Positions 25,626 to 42,740 of a DNA stretch of 64,000 nt are shown here, in pieces. The stretch comes from Dictyostelium discoideum. Its lineage: Eukaryota. A model generated the notes under the pieces. It was not told the origin of the DNA, ran no database searches, and saw nothing but the letters and a program-made list of their open reading frames with translations. Both the position numbers and the translations under genes were made by a program. Within the stretch, counting starts at the first letter, position 1. Each line of letters opens with the position of its first letter. Location of the stretch: positions 2,400,001 to 2,464,000 of the forward strand of contig CM000151.3 in assembly GCA_000004695.1 (NCBI GenBank). Reading direction: 5' to 3'.

Positions 25626-26554
25626 TTAACAAATAAAAAATACTGTGTATTAATTTTTTAAAAGTTTATTCCTTTTTAAAAGGAGTAGTTTAAATAAAGA
25701 TTTTTAAATAATTAATTTTTTCTATGGAATTATTTAAATAAAATTTTTAAAAAAAATATATTTAACTAGTGGATTTTATTTATTTTTAAATTGTTTTAAT
25801 TGTCTTAGAGTTTTTTTGAATTACTTTTTTTAAAAAATAAGAAAGAAACTGATACAATAACAACACAACAGATAATTCATTTGAAAAGAATTTTGAATTT
25901 TCTTGTACTTTGATAATGAATGGTTTTTCAGTTGGTTTGACATCATTAATTAACATTGTATTTGGATAAATTATAGTAGGTATTGATGTTTGTGTAAAGG
26001 TTGATTCACCATGATATTTAATTAAGACTACAAGATTATTTCATTTAATTTTTTTGTATCTACTCTATGCAAAATAGTATTTAAAAAAAAGAATTGATGT
26101 TAAGTTGGTGGTAAATTAAAATTTCTTTGTATGCTGGAAATTGAGATTCTCTAACTTTTTAATTTGAAATTATAATTGGTATAATAATAAAACTTGGGAA
26201 ACTTAATTTTAATTATCTATATGTTGAATGAATACTTTAACATCAGCCTCACTTAAATACTTCCCAGAGGTGGTAAATTTGGTGTTGATTGCAATTAATT
26301 ATTAAAAAAAATTTTTTTTTTTTTTTTTTAAAAAATATTTACTAACATAATCCACTTTTCAATTTCATAAACCAATTTCATTTTTTTAAATCTGACAACA
26401 CTGTTTAAAACTTTTTGATTGCCAAACTCTTTTTCTATATGGTTACCAAAAATCAAAGTGAGTGGTCCATGATTTTTTTAACATTATGGGTACAGTTTAT
26501 TTTGAGCATTAAAATAACAGCAGTAATGTACTCGAATTTGAAACCAATTAATTT

Positions 26555-27560
26555 TTAAGATAATGGAAATTGTGTGATAGTTTGAAATTCGAATAAATTT
26601 AATTTGGTTGCCATAGTGTTTAAGTCAATAACAGGAAGGATGATTTTAAAATTACCATTACCTTTACTATTTTGTGTGATGATGTGACCGCCATATGATA
26701 ATTCTTGGATTGATTTACCACATATACAATAACATAATAATGTTTCCAAAGTTTCATCATTGAAGCCACCAATTCTCATTCTTTGAATACGTTTTTTGAG
26801 TGAAAATCCAAATTTGGATACCATTTGAATTGAAACCGATTCATTTTCTATATCTATCAATGCATCTGAACCGTAACTATTAAAATGTTCTCTTTGTTTT
26901 ATTGAATTAAAATGATCATCTAAATCAGATATCAAATATTCCAAGTATCTTGGAACAATACCAAGATCGATAACCATTATTTTAAAAAAATTATTATCTA
27001 ATTGTGGAAAATATTTAACATTATTTTTAATTTTTAATTTTGATGACTCATATGATAATGGTTTAATATTTATATTCTCTATCTCCCATTTTGATAAAAC
27101 GATCTCTAATGAATCGGAATTGGTTCCAGTTAAAAATGGTATGATGAAAATATTGTTATTGTGTGCGTTTGATTTATTAATTTTATTACCTGTACATTTG
27201 AATGTTCCTAATGCCTATATCATTTTTTTAACGAAATTATCATATTGACTACCAAATCCTTTTGCATATTGGTGTGCCATTTGAAATTCATCAATATGAA
27301 TGAAAATTGCTAATGGTTTGGTTTGATCAGTTCTATTTTTTACAATATTCAGTAACGTATCATTTAAATTAAATAATTTATTTTCATTTCCATTTAATTT
27401 ATTTAATTTTGAATTAGAAAAAGAAAGACCTAAAACTGATCTTGAATAACCTTTTACATAATACAATTTCATCTGAATGATTTAAATCTTCAGCAACTAA
27501 AGCATCACCTCCACCATTGAAATCCATTGATATGAAAATACATTCTTTCATTATATCATT
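26555..27560 (-). pseudogene. Disrupted gene of unknown function with a Walker-B-like motif (LAIFIHIDEFQ), possibly P-loop NTPase-like; it has a frameshift and an in-frame TAG
   Basis: - strand ORFs 27472-27215 and 26977-26555 are in the same frame and separated only by TAG at 27217-27215 (FVKKMI*ALGTFKCTGNK...). Upstream, MKECIFISMDFNGGGDALVAEDLNHSDEIVLCKR lies in the +1 frame. There is no acceptable GT..AG intron around the stop. Confidence 0.35.
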
Positions 27561-28373
27561 TAATGATACATAAAAAAAGGTTGGGAAATTTTTTATTTTT
27601 CACCAAAAAAAAAAAAAAAAAAAAAAAAAAATGAATACATACTCGAACAGGGTTTAACTAAATCTTGAGTTATATGTTCTTTTTTTTGAATGCTTTGAAA
27701 AAGTGAGGGTAAATCTAAAACTTTTATTTTAATTAGAACAAGGTTATTTATATTTTAAAAATTTAAAAAATTTTTACTTACTTGGGTAAACACTTTGAGG
27801 AGCTATTTCTGGAAATTTTTCATTGGACTCAACATACTTAAAACTTTTATAATCGGAATGTGTGAGAAAAATTTTGATAAATCTTGGATCAAAATTTAAT
27901 TTTTCGCCAATTAAAACTTGAAAAGAGTAATAGTAATTTATTTTATCTTTAAATCAAATAGTGAAAGTAAACTCTTTATTATTTTTACATAAATGTAATT
28001 AAAGTTTCATTTTTCATTTGTAAATAAAAAATAATAATAAAGGGGGAAATAATTAATAGAGTTTTTATAAAAAAAAAAAAAAAATTAATATTGTGCGTTT
28101 TTAGCAAATTAATTGTTGAAGGGAATTTTTTTTGAAATTTCGCTTTCTAAACGGTGTACACTAAAAAAATTCACCCAAGTCAAACAAAAAAAAAAAAAAA
28201 AAAAATAAAAAAAATAAAAAAAGGGTTTAAACTCACTATAAAATATTAAAAAACTTTCCAAGTTAATCATTATGAATATTTATTTGTTTTTAATTTTAAA
28301 AATTTAAAACTACACAATAAAAATGTTTTATACTAAAATTTCTTTGAAAATAAAAAAAAATTTATTTATTTTA

Positions 28374-28377
<4 letters not shown>

Positions 28378-28443
<66 letters not shown>
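28378..28443 (+). repeat. (ATT)n microsatellite (~22 units)
   Basis: Seen directly. It translates as poly-I in spurious ORF 28323-28520. Confidence 0.9.
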
Positions 28444-28445
<2 letters not shown>

Positions 28446-29220
28446 AGTTTTATTGTTTATTTTATAAACAAATTACCTTTGGATGAAAGGAACAACTCTA
28501 ACAAATTTTTAATTTTTTAGGATATCCTGGGCATGGTTGGCATGGTGTAGAACCCCTTCTTTTTTGGCTGGTGCAATTGCTATTGAGTTTGTGATTACAA
28601 TATAGTTTGGTTGAGTCCATTATAAAATTGAGGTATGTTTAAATATATAAACGAAAATGATATTAATAAATAATAAATAAATAATAAATAAATAAAATAA
28701 ATATGAAAAAAAAAAAATAATAGATAAATAAAATATGAGTGAATAAAATAATTAAAGTTAAAAAAAAAAAAATCTATTTAAATACTTAAAATATTTCATT
28801 GCAACCGAGTTAATATATTTTTGATCAAAGATTTTTTTTTTATTTTATTTTTATTTTCTTTTTTTAATTTTAAAAAAAGTGGGGGAAAATATCTCCAACT
28901 GTTTTTAATTTAATATAATTTGATTTTTTTTTTTTAATTTTCTTTTTATTTCAAAAAAAGGGTAATGTTTTACAGTTAAAAAAAAAAAAATTCACTCATT
29001 ATTTTAACCAACTATAAATAAAATGAAATACAATTGTTCATTTATAAAAACTATGGCCATTATAATATTAAACCATCACATCTATATTTTTGGTTAAAAT
29101 CAAATGATCATTTTTTATTTTAAATAAAAAAACCACTTTTAGTTTATAATAATAAAAACAATTTAAAAAACATAATTAATAAAACCAAAATAATAATATA
29201 ATTAATTATACATATAATAG

Positions 29221-29440
29221 TAATAGAAATAGAAATATTAATATCAATAGTTATAGCAATAGCTATATAGTAGTAATGGTAATAGTAATAATATAATAGT
29301 AATAACAGTAATAGCAAGAGCAATATAGTAGTAATAATAGTAATAATAGTAATAGCAATAGCAATATAGTAGTAATAATAGTAACAATAGTGATAGCAAT
29401 AGCAATATAGTAGTAATAATAGTAATAATAGCAATAATAT
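29221..29440 (+). repeat. Minisatellite: ~42-bp unit (agcaatagcaatatagtagtaataatagtaataatagtaat, with variants) repeated ~4-5 times in tandem
   Basis: Seen directly. It gives antisense poly-Y/L/I pseudo-ORFs 29144-29468. Confidence 0.7.
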
Positions 29441-29906
29441 AATGAAACCTAAAAGAATGAATGCTCATTTTCTTCTAGAGGTATTATATTTTATTATTTT
29501 AGATTGAATATAAATATTTGTACTAATTTTTTTTTTTTTTTTTTTTTTTTTTTTCTCTAATTAAAAACAAAAAACTGTTCATTGGATTTTATCGCCAAAA
29601 CCTAAACTTCTGGTCTGAAAAAAAAAAAAATCAATACCAAAAGGTGAAAAAAGAAAAAATAATAAAAAAAAAAAAAATAATAAAAAAAAAAAACAAATAA
29701 AAAAAAAAAATAAAAAAAAAAAGTGTTTGATTTGAAAAATTTAAAAAAAAATATTAAAAAGTGTTTGGTTTGGCCAATCCGCACAATAAAAAAAAAAAAG
29801 GGGGGAAATTTAAATAGAGTTTTTTTAATTTTCTATTAAACATTTTAACAAATTTATCATCTTTCCACTTTCTTATAAAAAAAGTAACTACAATTTATTA
29901 AGCTGA

Positions 29907-34759
<4,853 letters not shown>

Positions 34760-34828
34760 TTTCTATTTGACTGATAATAACAATAATAAAAACAATATGC
34801 ATTATTTTTTTTTTTTTTTTCGTCATGT

Positions 34829-34948
34829 CAATTTTAATGTTTTCAATAATAATCACTCTTTTGATTTTTTTTTAATTTTTTTTTTATTTTAAAATATCTT
34901 TGGCATTAAAAAAAATCAAAAGAGTGATTATTATTGAAAAAATTAAAA
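34829..34948. promoter_or_regulatory. ~43-bp inverted repeat (1 mismatch; perfect 29-bp core caataataatcactcttttgatttttttt) with a ~36-bp loop containing aaaatatctttgg, 70-190 bp upstream of the copy-5 start codon
   Basis: Arms 34845-34873 and 34909-34937 are exact reverse complements. The extended arms gtcaattttaatgttttcaataat / attattgaaaaaattaaaattgaaatg differ at one position. Confidence 0.6.
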
Positions 34949-35525
34949 TTGAAATGAATTAAATTAATTGTCAGATATTTATTTTTTTTTTTTTTTGTGC
35001 AGTCAACTAAAAATAAAAAAAAGATATTTTTAAAAAATCATGATTGTTGAAATTGGTGGTTTTATTTGGATTTTCATTTTTTTTTTTAAAAATAAAATAT
35101 AATACTATTATTATTTTATTGTAAAACATTATTTAAATTCTATTATATGTTTAGTGATGTGGAGGAAAATGAAATGAAAATGAAATTTTAAAAAAAAAAA
35201 AAAAATAATTAATATTTTCATTTTTGAAAATAATTTTATTACTATGGCATTTTGAAAAGAAGATGATATCATTTATAAATTAAAAACTAGAAATTAAAAA
35301 ACTTAAAAAAATAAAATTAAAAAAGGTTAATGAAATATATATTTTTCATTATTGTTTAAAAAATCAATTTAATTAATATAAAAAAATTAAAAAAAATATA
35401 TTTAATACTGGTATATTTGTTTTTTAGATATTTATTTTGAAATTAGATTTTTTTTTTTTTTTTTTTTGATTTTTTTTTAATTTTTTTTTTTTTTTATTAT
35501 TTTTTAATGTTTCAATAAAGTGAAA

Positions 35526-37553
35526 ATGGTTTCAAATAATGATGATTTATTTTTTAAAATTTTTAGAAATCAATATATTAATAGAGAAATATTTAATAAA
35601 GTTAAAGAATATAATAAGAAATTAAAATATATCAGATATAATTATTATGATTTACCTTTAGAATTAATAATAAAAAAAAAAAATCAACAATTATTTGTAG
35701 AAAAATTAAAAGATTTTTTAAAACTTAAAAATGAAATAAAAGAGAATGGATTCACCAAAGAAAATCAATCAAATGTACATAAATATTTTATTAGATTTGA
35801 TGAAGGGCAAATATTACTTTTATTAGGATGGAAAGAATTGGATTTAGAATCATTTGATCTTTATTTAAGAATATTTGAAAATGAAATTAAAAATCGGAAT
35901 GAAATAACATTATATATTAACCCCAGTGGTTTTGAAATATGTGATGATAAATTCATACACTTTTTAGAAAAAAAAACATTTAGAAAATTAATTAAATTTG
36001 ATAATATCGTTGCCTTTGTATATAGAGGGGTTCATTCAATAAGATTATTAAATTATTTTATTGATAATTGTAAAGATTTAAATAGTGATGCTTTAAAAGA
36101 TTTAAATAATCTATATACTATATTTTCATTGTATTATTCAAATGGGAAAAATGAAGATTTAAAATACGAATATCTAAAGAGAATAAAAAGGTCAAATCAA
36201 TATTTTTCACGTTTAAATTCCTTTACAAGATTTATTGAAGATGCAATAAGAAATGAAGATTTAAAAATGTTAAAATCGCTACTTTCTCTTTTTAAATATG
36301 ATAAAAAACAAACCAATCCAACAGATCACCATCCAGATGATATAGTTACAATATTGGATATTCAAATTTCAATTAAAATATTAGAGCAATTAAAAATTAG
36401 TATTAATTCATTTAGAGGAAATGATAAATTATTACCATTTTATAAAATTTTAATAGAACGAGTATACTCTTCAAATAACTATTTCAAAAAAGAACAAAAA
36501 AAGAGACTTACAATAGCCTCAATAGAGTTTAGAAATTATGCAATTGACAAGATGTTAAATAATGGCTTCTATGCCAGTGATGAAAGAATGTTTGAAAATA
36601 TTTCATTCGCTTCAAATTGTATAAATGATGATGATCCAAACAATCTTTCAGAATATGATAAATTATTATTAAAACCAGAGTTTTTATCAGTACTTTTTTA
36701 TAAATGTAAAATAATGAATAGAGATTTAAATTTATTCAAATTATATCTGGTTAAATTTGGATTCAACTTTGAAAAATTATTAACTATAATAGAATTAAAT
36801 TATGAAAACATGGTATCTTATGTAATTTCAAACCTTTCTGAAATTGTTTTAAATCGATATTTAGATTTAATTGATTTTTCATTACCATCAAATGAAAGTG
36901 AAGGTTATGATTTTGTTTTTAATTTAGTTTTACCATTGTTAACTTTTGAAGAAACATTATCACTACACGAAAAAATTCAAAGCATCAAATTACCTTTCAA
37001 CTCTGAAAGAAGAAGAAAATTCATTTTAAAATCATATGAAATTGAATCAAAAATTGATGAAATTAATAGAAATAAAATCAATCAAAGATTTTTAAAAAAT
37101 TTTCTTAATAGAAAAGAAATTTTAATTGAAATTTGTAATAGCAAAACACTAACTGATTTAATATTTTGTAATTTAAAATCAGAGAATTTTAAAACAATTA
37201 AAAAAATTAAAAAACTTTGTTTTATCATTGATAAAACTTTATTAGCTAAATTTATTTGTTCAATTTATTGTGATTATTCAAAATCACTTTTATACTTAAT
37301 TCACATTCTAGATATTAATAATATTAATGATAATGATAATAATAATAATATAACAATTCCACAATCCATCTCCTCAAAATTTTCAAGTTTCGAAATGGCA
37401 ATGGGCCAAAGTATGCAGTATTTTTTATTAAATTTAAAATCAAGCTATGATGAAGAAAAAGATGGCCAGATGGTAACTGTAGACATTCAACCCCCAACAA
37501 AAAGTAATAATTATAATTTTATCAAAAAAGCACTATCATTTTTAAAAAAGTAA
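35526..37553 (+). CDS. Intronless hypothetical protein (~675 aa), Asn/Lys/Leu-rich, with no recognisable domain
   Basis: ORF 35520-37553, first ATG at 35526 (MVSNNDDLFFKIFRNQYINREIF...). The 2-kb frame is uninterrupted and codon usage is typical of AT-rich coding sequence. Confidence 0.5.
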   Translation: MVSNNDDLFFKIFRNQYINREIFNKVKEYNKKLKYIRYNYYDLPLELIIKKKNQQLFVEKLKDFLKLKNEIKENGFTKENQSNVHKYFIRFDEGQILLLLGWKELDLESFDLYLRIFENEIKNRNEITLYINPSGFEICDDKFIHFLEKKTFRKLIKFDNIVAFVYRGVHSIRLLNYFIDNCKDLNSDALKDLNNLYTIFSLYYSNGKNEDLKYEYLKRIKRSNQYFSRLNSFTRFIEDAIRNEDLKMLKSLLSLFKYDKKQTNPTDHHPDDIVTILDIQISIKILEQLKISINSFRGNDKLLPFYKILIERVYSSNNYFKKEQKKRLTIASIEFRNYAIDKMLNNGFYASDERMFENISFASNCINDDDPNNLSEYDKLLLKPEFLSVLFYKCKIMNRDLNLFKLYLVKFGFNFEKLLTIIELNYENMVSYVISNLSEIVLNRYLDLIDFSLPSNESEGYDFVFNLVLPLLTFEETLSLHEKIQSIKLPFNSERRRKFILKSYEIESKIDEINRNKINQRFLKNFLNRKEILIEICNSKTLTDLIFCNLKSENFKTIKKIKKLCFIIDKTLLAKFICSIYCDYSKSLLYLIHILDINNINDNDNNNNITIPQSISSKFSSFEMAMGQSMQYFLLNLKSSYDEEKDGQMVTVDIQPPTKSNNYNFIKKALSFLKK

Positions 37554-37683
37554 TAAATAATAAATAATTTTGTATTTTTATTTTATTTATTTTTGTTTAT
37601 TTACAAATAAATTAATTTTTTTTAAAAAAAAAAAAAAAAAAAAAATGAAATATATATATATTTATATAATTATTAATAATATT

Positions 37684-37687
<4 letters not shown>

Positions 37688-37737
<50 letters not shown>
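37688..37737 (+). repeat. T50 homopolymer (A50 on the - strand) starting immediately after the TAA of the RING gene
   Basis: Seen directly. The stop codon is at 37738-37736 (- strand) and the run follows it. Confidence 0.9.
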
Positions 37738-37739
<2 letters not shown>

Positions 37740-40700
37740 CTCTTTGAAAAACATAACATACAACCTTGATCTTCAATACAACAATGATGATATGAATGAC
37801 CACAATTTGGGAATACTATAATTGTAGCGGGTGTTGAACCTAAAAATGAAGATTCAGGATTTTCAGCTAAAGATAAGGTACAAATTGGACAAGAACCAGT
37901 TGATAATTCAGTTTCTACACCCCAATGTCTACGTGAATTATCTTCAAAGAATGAAGGTATTTTAAAATCGATATTATCACCACTATCATGACTTGAAGTT
38001 CCAAGTTTATTAAAGAATTCTTTGAATGGATTATTTGGTAAAGTTGGGTCCAATTCAGGACCAATCATAGTTAAGAATTGAGGTGAAATGGTCAAGGGTT
38101 TCTTTAACCATAAATGACTATCCAAAAGTGATAAGATATCATATGATAACTTTGGTCTATCATACAACGACCATTTTCCAAATTTAATCCAATCTGATAA
38201 TAATTTAGTTTCAATTTTACTCTTTTCAAACATTTCTGAAAATTTGCAAACCAATTCAATAGTTTCCAATGGACCAATTGCTTTACCAATTAAATCCAAT
38301 ATAAATAATTCTGAAATTTCAAATGTAATACTTGATTCACCAGATTGATCTTCATTTTCATGTTGATCAATTCTTAATTGTTTCATAATTTCTAAAGTAT
38401 TTGACCAAATTTCAATTGATGTACTATTTTCAAAACAATTTGAAAAACCTTTTTTATCATCAGTGAAAATGGTTAATTCCAAGAGTTTCTTTGAATAATG
38501 ATTCAATTGTTCTTGATTATGTAAAATGGATTTCATAGAATAAACATTTTTGAAATAATGTTCATAAATTTTATAAAGGCCAATATGAAAACCATTTTCA
38601 GCAGACATTGATTCCAATGATTTCAATAAATTACCATTACCATATTCATTATTAATTACATTATCAATAATTTGTATTAAAGTATCTTTTGATTTCCATT
38701 CAATTAAATTTGATTTTAATTTTGGTATAAATTTTCTTGTTGATGTTGTTGACATATCTTCTCTTTCTTCAAATAATTGATTTTGATTTGGTTTATTATT
38801 CATTAAATTTGAAAGGAACCATTGTTCTAATAATTCTAGTGAATTAAATTTACATTCTGGTTTTAATTTCATTAATTGATTTAAATATTCAAATTTAATT
38901 AAATTACCTAATTCTTTATTACTTCTACTACCACCACCACTATCATTACTTTTATTAATAATAATATCATCGTTTTCAATTAAAGAATTTGTAAAATTTA
39001 AAATATTTCTTGGTAATATAATTGGGAAATGTTTTGCAAAGAATTTTGAAGATTCAATTGGATCCAATTCTAATAATTGATTTAAGAATCTAAATAATAA
39101 TCCATAATCATTTGAACAATGACTATCCAATAATGTTAAACAAGTTGAAGAATCTGAAGAATCAATGAATTGATAAATGGTTGAGATTATCTTTGATTCT
39201 TGTTTTGTAAATGATTCAAATTCAACCAATTGTTCTATACATCTATCCCATTTACGTTCATTTGAATTTAAATAAACTCTATTGGTATTTAAAAATTGAT
39301 AATACTCTTTAATGAATTCAATTGCTAATTGTTCATTCCAACACTTACAAAGTTTATTTGTATGTGTTAAACTTTTACCATTTCCACCACTACCACTACC
39401 ACCACCAGTACTACACTCTTTAGTAGATTTCAAATTTATACCAAAACAGAAACAACTTGTAACTATATCTTTTATCATATCACTTGGAATAACACTATCT
39501 TCGATAGAATTAAATAATTGTACCCAAATTTGTAACATTGGTTCAAATGATGTTGTTTTTGTCTTATTCTCTTTATATTGTTGTAAAGATTCATAGGTTT
39601 GTTTGGTTAATTTCTCTAAAACTTCAATTGGATGTTGTTGTGATTGTTGTTCATTTACTATTGTTGTATTTAAATTATCTGTTATTGTTGTTGCTGTTGT
39701 TGCTGTTGCTGTTGCTGTTGTTGTATTATTTAATGTTACATTTGTATTATTACTTGAATTTATATCATCACCACTTGATGGACCTAAAATTTTATGTGTA
39801 ATATCAGATTTAATTTCATTTGTTTTATTTAATGCAAATTGCTTAATCTCCAAGAATGATGATGTAGCTGAATTTAATGTTTTAAAAATACCCTGTTGTA
39901 TATTATTAGCTGTAACTGTTGTTGCTGATGTTGGTATTGGTGTTGGTGTTGGTGCTATTGTAGTTTCTTCTTTTTTTGGTGATAATGATACTTCTGCTGG
40001 TGTGGTTGTTGTTGTTGTTGTTGATGATGATACGGTTTCTACATATAAAGGTGGTGATGGTGTAGGATTTGAAATTGGTGGCGATGAGATTTGTGGTGTG
40101 GTTGTAGTTGTAGTTGATAATGCCGCTGCTTTTTTAATAATTTTTTTCTTTACAATAACTGTTCTTTTGACTTCTGTTGGTGCTCCTATTGATGTTGATG
40201 TTGCTGTTGCTGTTGTTGCTGTTGTTGATGATGATACTATTGATTGTGGTGGTGAAGTTGATAGAGTTGCTGTATTATTTGTTCCATTTAATTGTTGATC
40301 CTGTGGTAATGCTGTTTTTATAACCTTTTTCTTTATAACCTTTCTAGTTGTTGATGCAGCTAAAGTTGGATCTTTAACACTTGTTGATACCATTAATGGT
40401 TCTGATGATAAAGGAATATCTGAGAAAATACATTCTTTTGATGCTACTCTTTGAATTGATGTTTCAACTGCTGTTGTCGTTGTTGTACTATCCAATAATT
40501 TATCATCAACGAATTGATCAGTTGATGATTTTAATGATGAAGGTTGTTGTTGTTGTTGTTGTTGTTGTTGTTGGTTTGATGATTCACTAACTAATGGCAA
40601 ACTTGCACTACCTTCAATAGTTAATGAATTTGTACTACTTGATAATGTAGAATTATCAGTATTTGTACTATCAATTTCACTACCAATTATATTATCACTA

Positions 40701-40946
40701 TTTGATAAAGTTGTTAAATTCTCTTTTTTTAAAAAAAAAAAAATAAATAAAAAAAAAAAAGTATTAATATATCAATTCAGCAAAATCATTAAAGTATCCT
40801 TTTTTTTTAAAAAAAAAAAAAAAAAAAAAATTACCTTGTGATTCAGATTTCTTTGGTTGTAATTGTTCATCTTTCTTTTCCTCAATTAATGAGGCTATTG
40901 CTATTGGTTGTGGTTGTGATTGTGGTTCACTTATTATTTCCTCAGG

Positions 40947-40982
<36 letters not shown>

Positions 40983-42458
40983 TTGTAATTGATCAGATTG
41001 TTCTTGTAATTCTTGAGGAGTTGGTAAAATTTCTAAAGGAATTGAAGTGAAAATTCTAGAGATAGAATGATTTTGACCATGTAATGCATAGATTGAATCA
41101 TGATAAACAACCAAGTCATGAATTTGATTTGTATCTAATTTCCATTCTAAAACTTCAACTTCATTAACATCGATTAAGAGTAATGATAATTCATCATATG
41201 ATATTAAGTAATTACCAAATGGTAATAACTTTGAGAATATCATTGGGAATTTACCAGTGAGATAAGTATTTGCATCATTGGATGAATTTGAAGATATTAA
41301 TGGTTTTGGTTTCAATATTATATTTGGTATTGGATTTGTAGTACCATCTTCGTTTGTGGTTGAGGATGGTGTGAAATTCATAGTCGATAAAACACGACCA
41401 TCAATTGGATCGGCTAACCATAATCTTTTGCCAGGTCTTGATGTGTAAACAGAGGATTTATAAAATGGGTGAAAACAAGCACCCTGTTTAGTATTCTCAC
41501 GTTGTTTCTTACCAATTTGAATGATACTCAATACTTTACCAACATTGGTAGCTGTTAGTATTTGAAAATTTACAACTATCGATTTGGTTAATGTGCTTGC
41601 TAATATTGAAATAGTGATTGAGTTTACTGGTGGTATTGAATTTGTTATTGGTATAGTATGTACAATATTTTGTTGTTGTTGATGATGATTATTTAATGAC
41701 GAATTATTCGAATTTGAATTTGAGTTTGTGGTTAATTGAATATCCTGGTGTAGTTGTGTATTTGTTATTGTTGGTATCGATGGTATTATATCCAATTGTA
41801 CAAGTTTTGAATCACATTTATAAACTAGGTCAGCAGAGAAAAAGAATGATTTTCTAGCTTTTGTGACGGAACAACAATAAAGGTTACCCAAATCATCGCC
41901 ACTAAATAAATAACCACCGCAATGACTCCATATCAATGTTGTAATTTCTGCATCTTTTGGATGATCTGTCATCTTGACCAATACTTTCTCTTTCTCTCTA
42001 CGAATTGATATATTCGGTTCAATGATGAATATGGTCTTATGTGTTGCAATCGCTACTAAATTATCATTACATGGATTTATCTTTATAATTGAAATTTGAT
42101 CCCTTATATCATTTAATGATAAAATTTGTGTGAATGATAAATTTTCATTTGTAAATATTTTAACTGTTGGTAATAAATATGATTGTGGTTGTTGTAGTTG
42201 TGGTTGTAGTTGTTGTTGATTATCTTGATTTTTATTCTTTGGAATTATTGATGACATTGATTTCCTTTCAAAGAAATATAAACTACCAGTATTTGCACCC
42301 AATGCTAAATATCTTTTTGAAACATCTAAACATGTATACTTTACTCTACCACCACCACCTATTGGTGATAATATACTATCTAAATCATTTATAACTAATT
42401 GTGGTGTTGGTTGCTGTTGTTGTTGATTTGTTGTTTGTTGTTCCTCTTCATTGGTCAT
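37736..42458 (-). CDS. Large (~1536 aa) protein with N-terminal WD40-like beta-propeller repeats, poly-Q/T low-complexity inserts and a C-terminal RING-H2 zinc finger; class-C Vps (Vps8/Vps41)-like architecture; 2 exons
   Basis: - strand ORFs 42458-40764 and 40600-37736 join through one intron: donor tcacaag|gtaatt at 40835, acceptor aaaaaaag|agaattt at 40722. Exon A is 1624 nt (phase 1) and exon B is 2987 nt (2+995 codons), which is consistent. N-term: RYLALGANTGSLYFFERKS, DNLVAIATHKTIFIIEP, CGGYLFSGDDLGNLYCCS. C-term: CPICTLSL...VFPNCGHSYHHCCIEDQGCMLC (C-x2-C-x24-C-x-H-x2-H-x2-C-x6-C-x2-C). ATG at 42458. Confidence 0.6.
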
Positions 42459-42708
42459 TTATTTTTTTTTTTTTTTTCAATTTATTGTTTAAATAATTTT
42501 AATGTATTTTTTTGTTTATAAATAAAAAGTAAAATAAATAAATGGTACAAATAAAATAACAATGACAATAAATAAAAAAATTGAATTTTTTTTTTATTTT
42601 TTTTTTTTTTTTATTTTTTTTTATTTTTTTTTTGTTTTGAAAAAGATTTTTTTTTTATTTTTTTATTTTCATATTTTTCTTTTTCTTTTTCTTTTTAAAA
42701 AAATGCAT

Positions 42709-42740
<32 letters not shown>

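Noticed and set aside
28540-28625. A relatively GC-rich 41-codon - strand ORF (MDSTKLYCNHKLNSNCTSQKRRGSTPCQPCPGYPKKLKIC)
   Set aside because: It is too short and isolated. It may be a stray exon fragment, but nothing in the window supports it.
29221-29440. Regularly spaced ~42-bp repeats, considered as a possible CRISPR-like array
   Set aside because: The genome context is eukaryotic. The units are contiguous tandem copies without unique spacers, so this is a minisatellite.
38104-40590. + strand ORFs 39312-39596, 39538-39801, 39603-40298, 40381-40590, 40838-41050, 42167-42394 and - strand 38104-38289, which lie antisense to or inside the RING/propeller gene
   Set aside because: They are the antisense reading of CAA/ACA/ACC repeats (poly-V/A/L) or alternative frames inside a well-supported long ORF.
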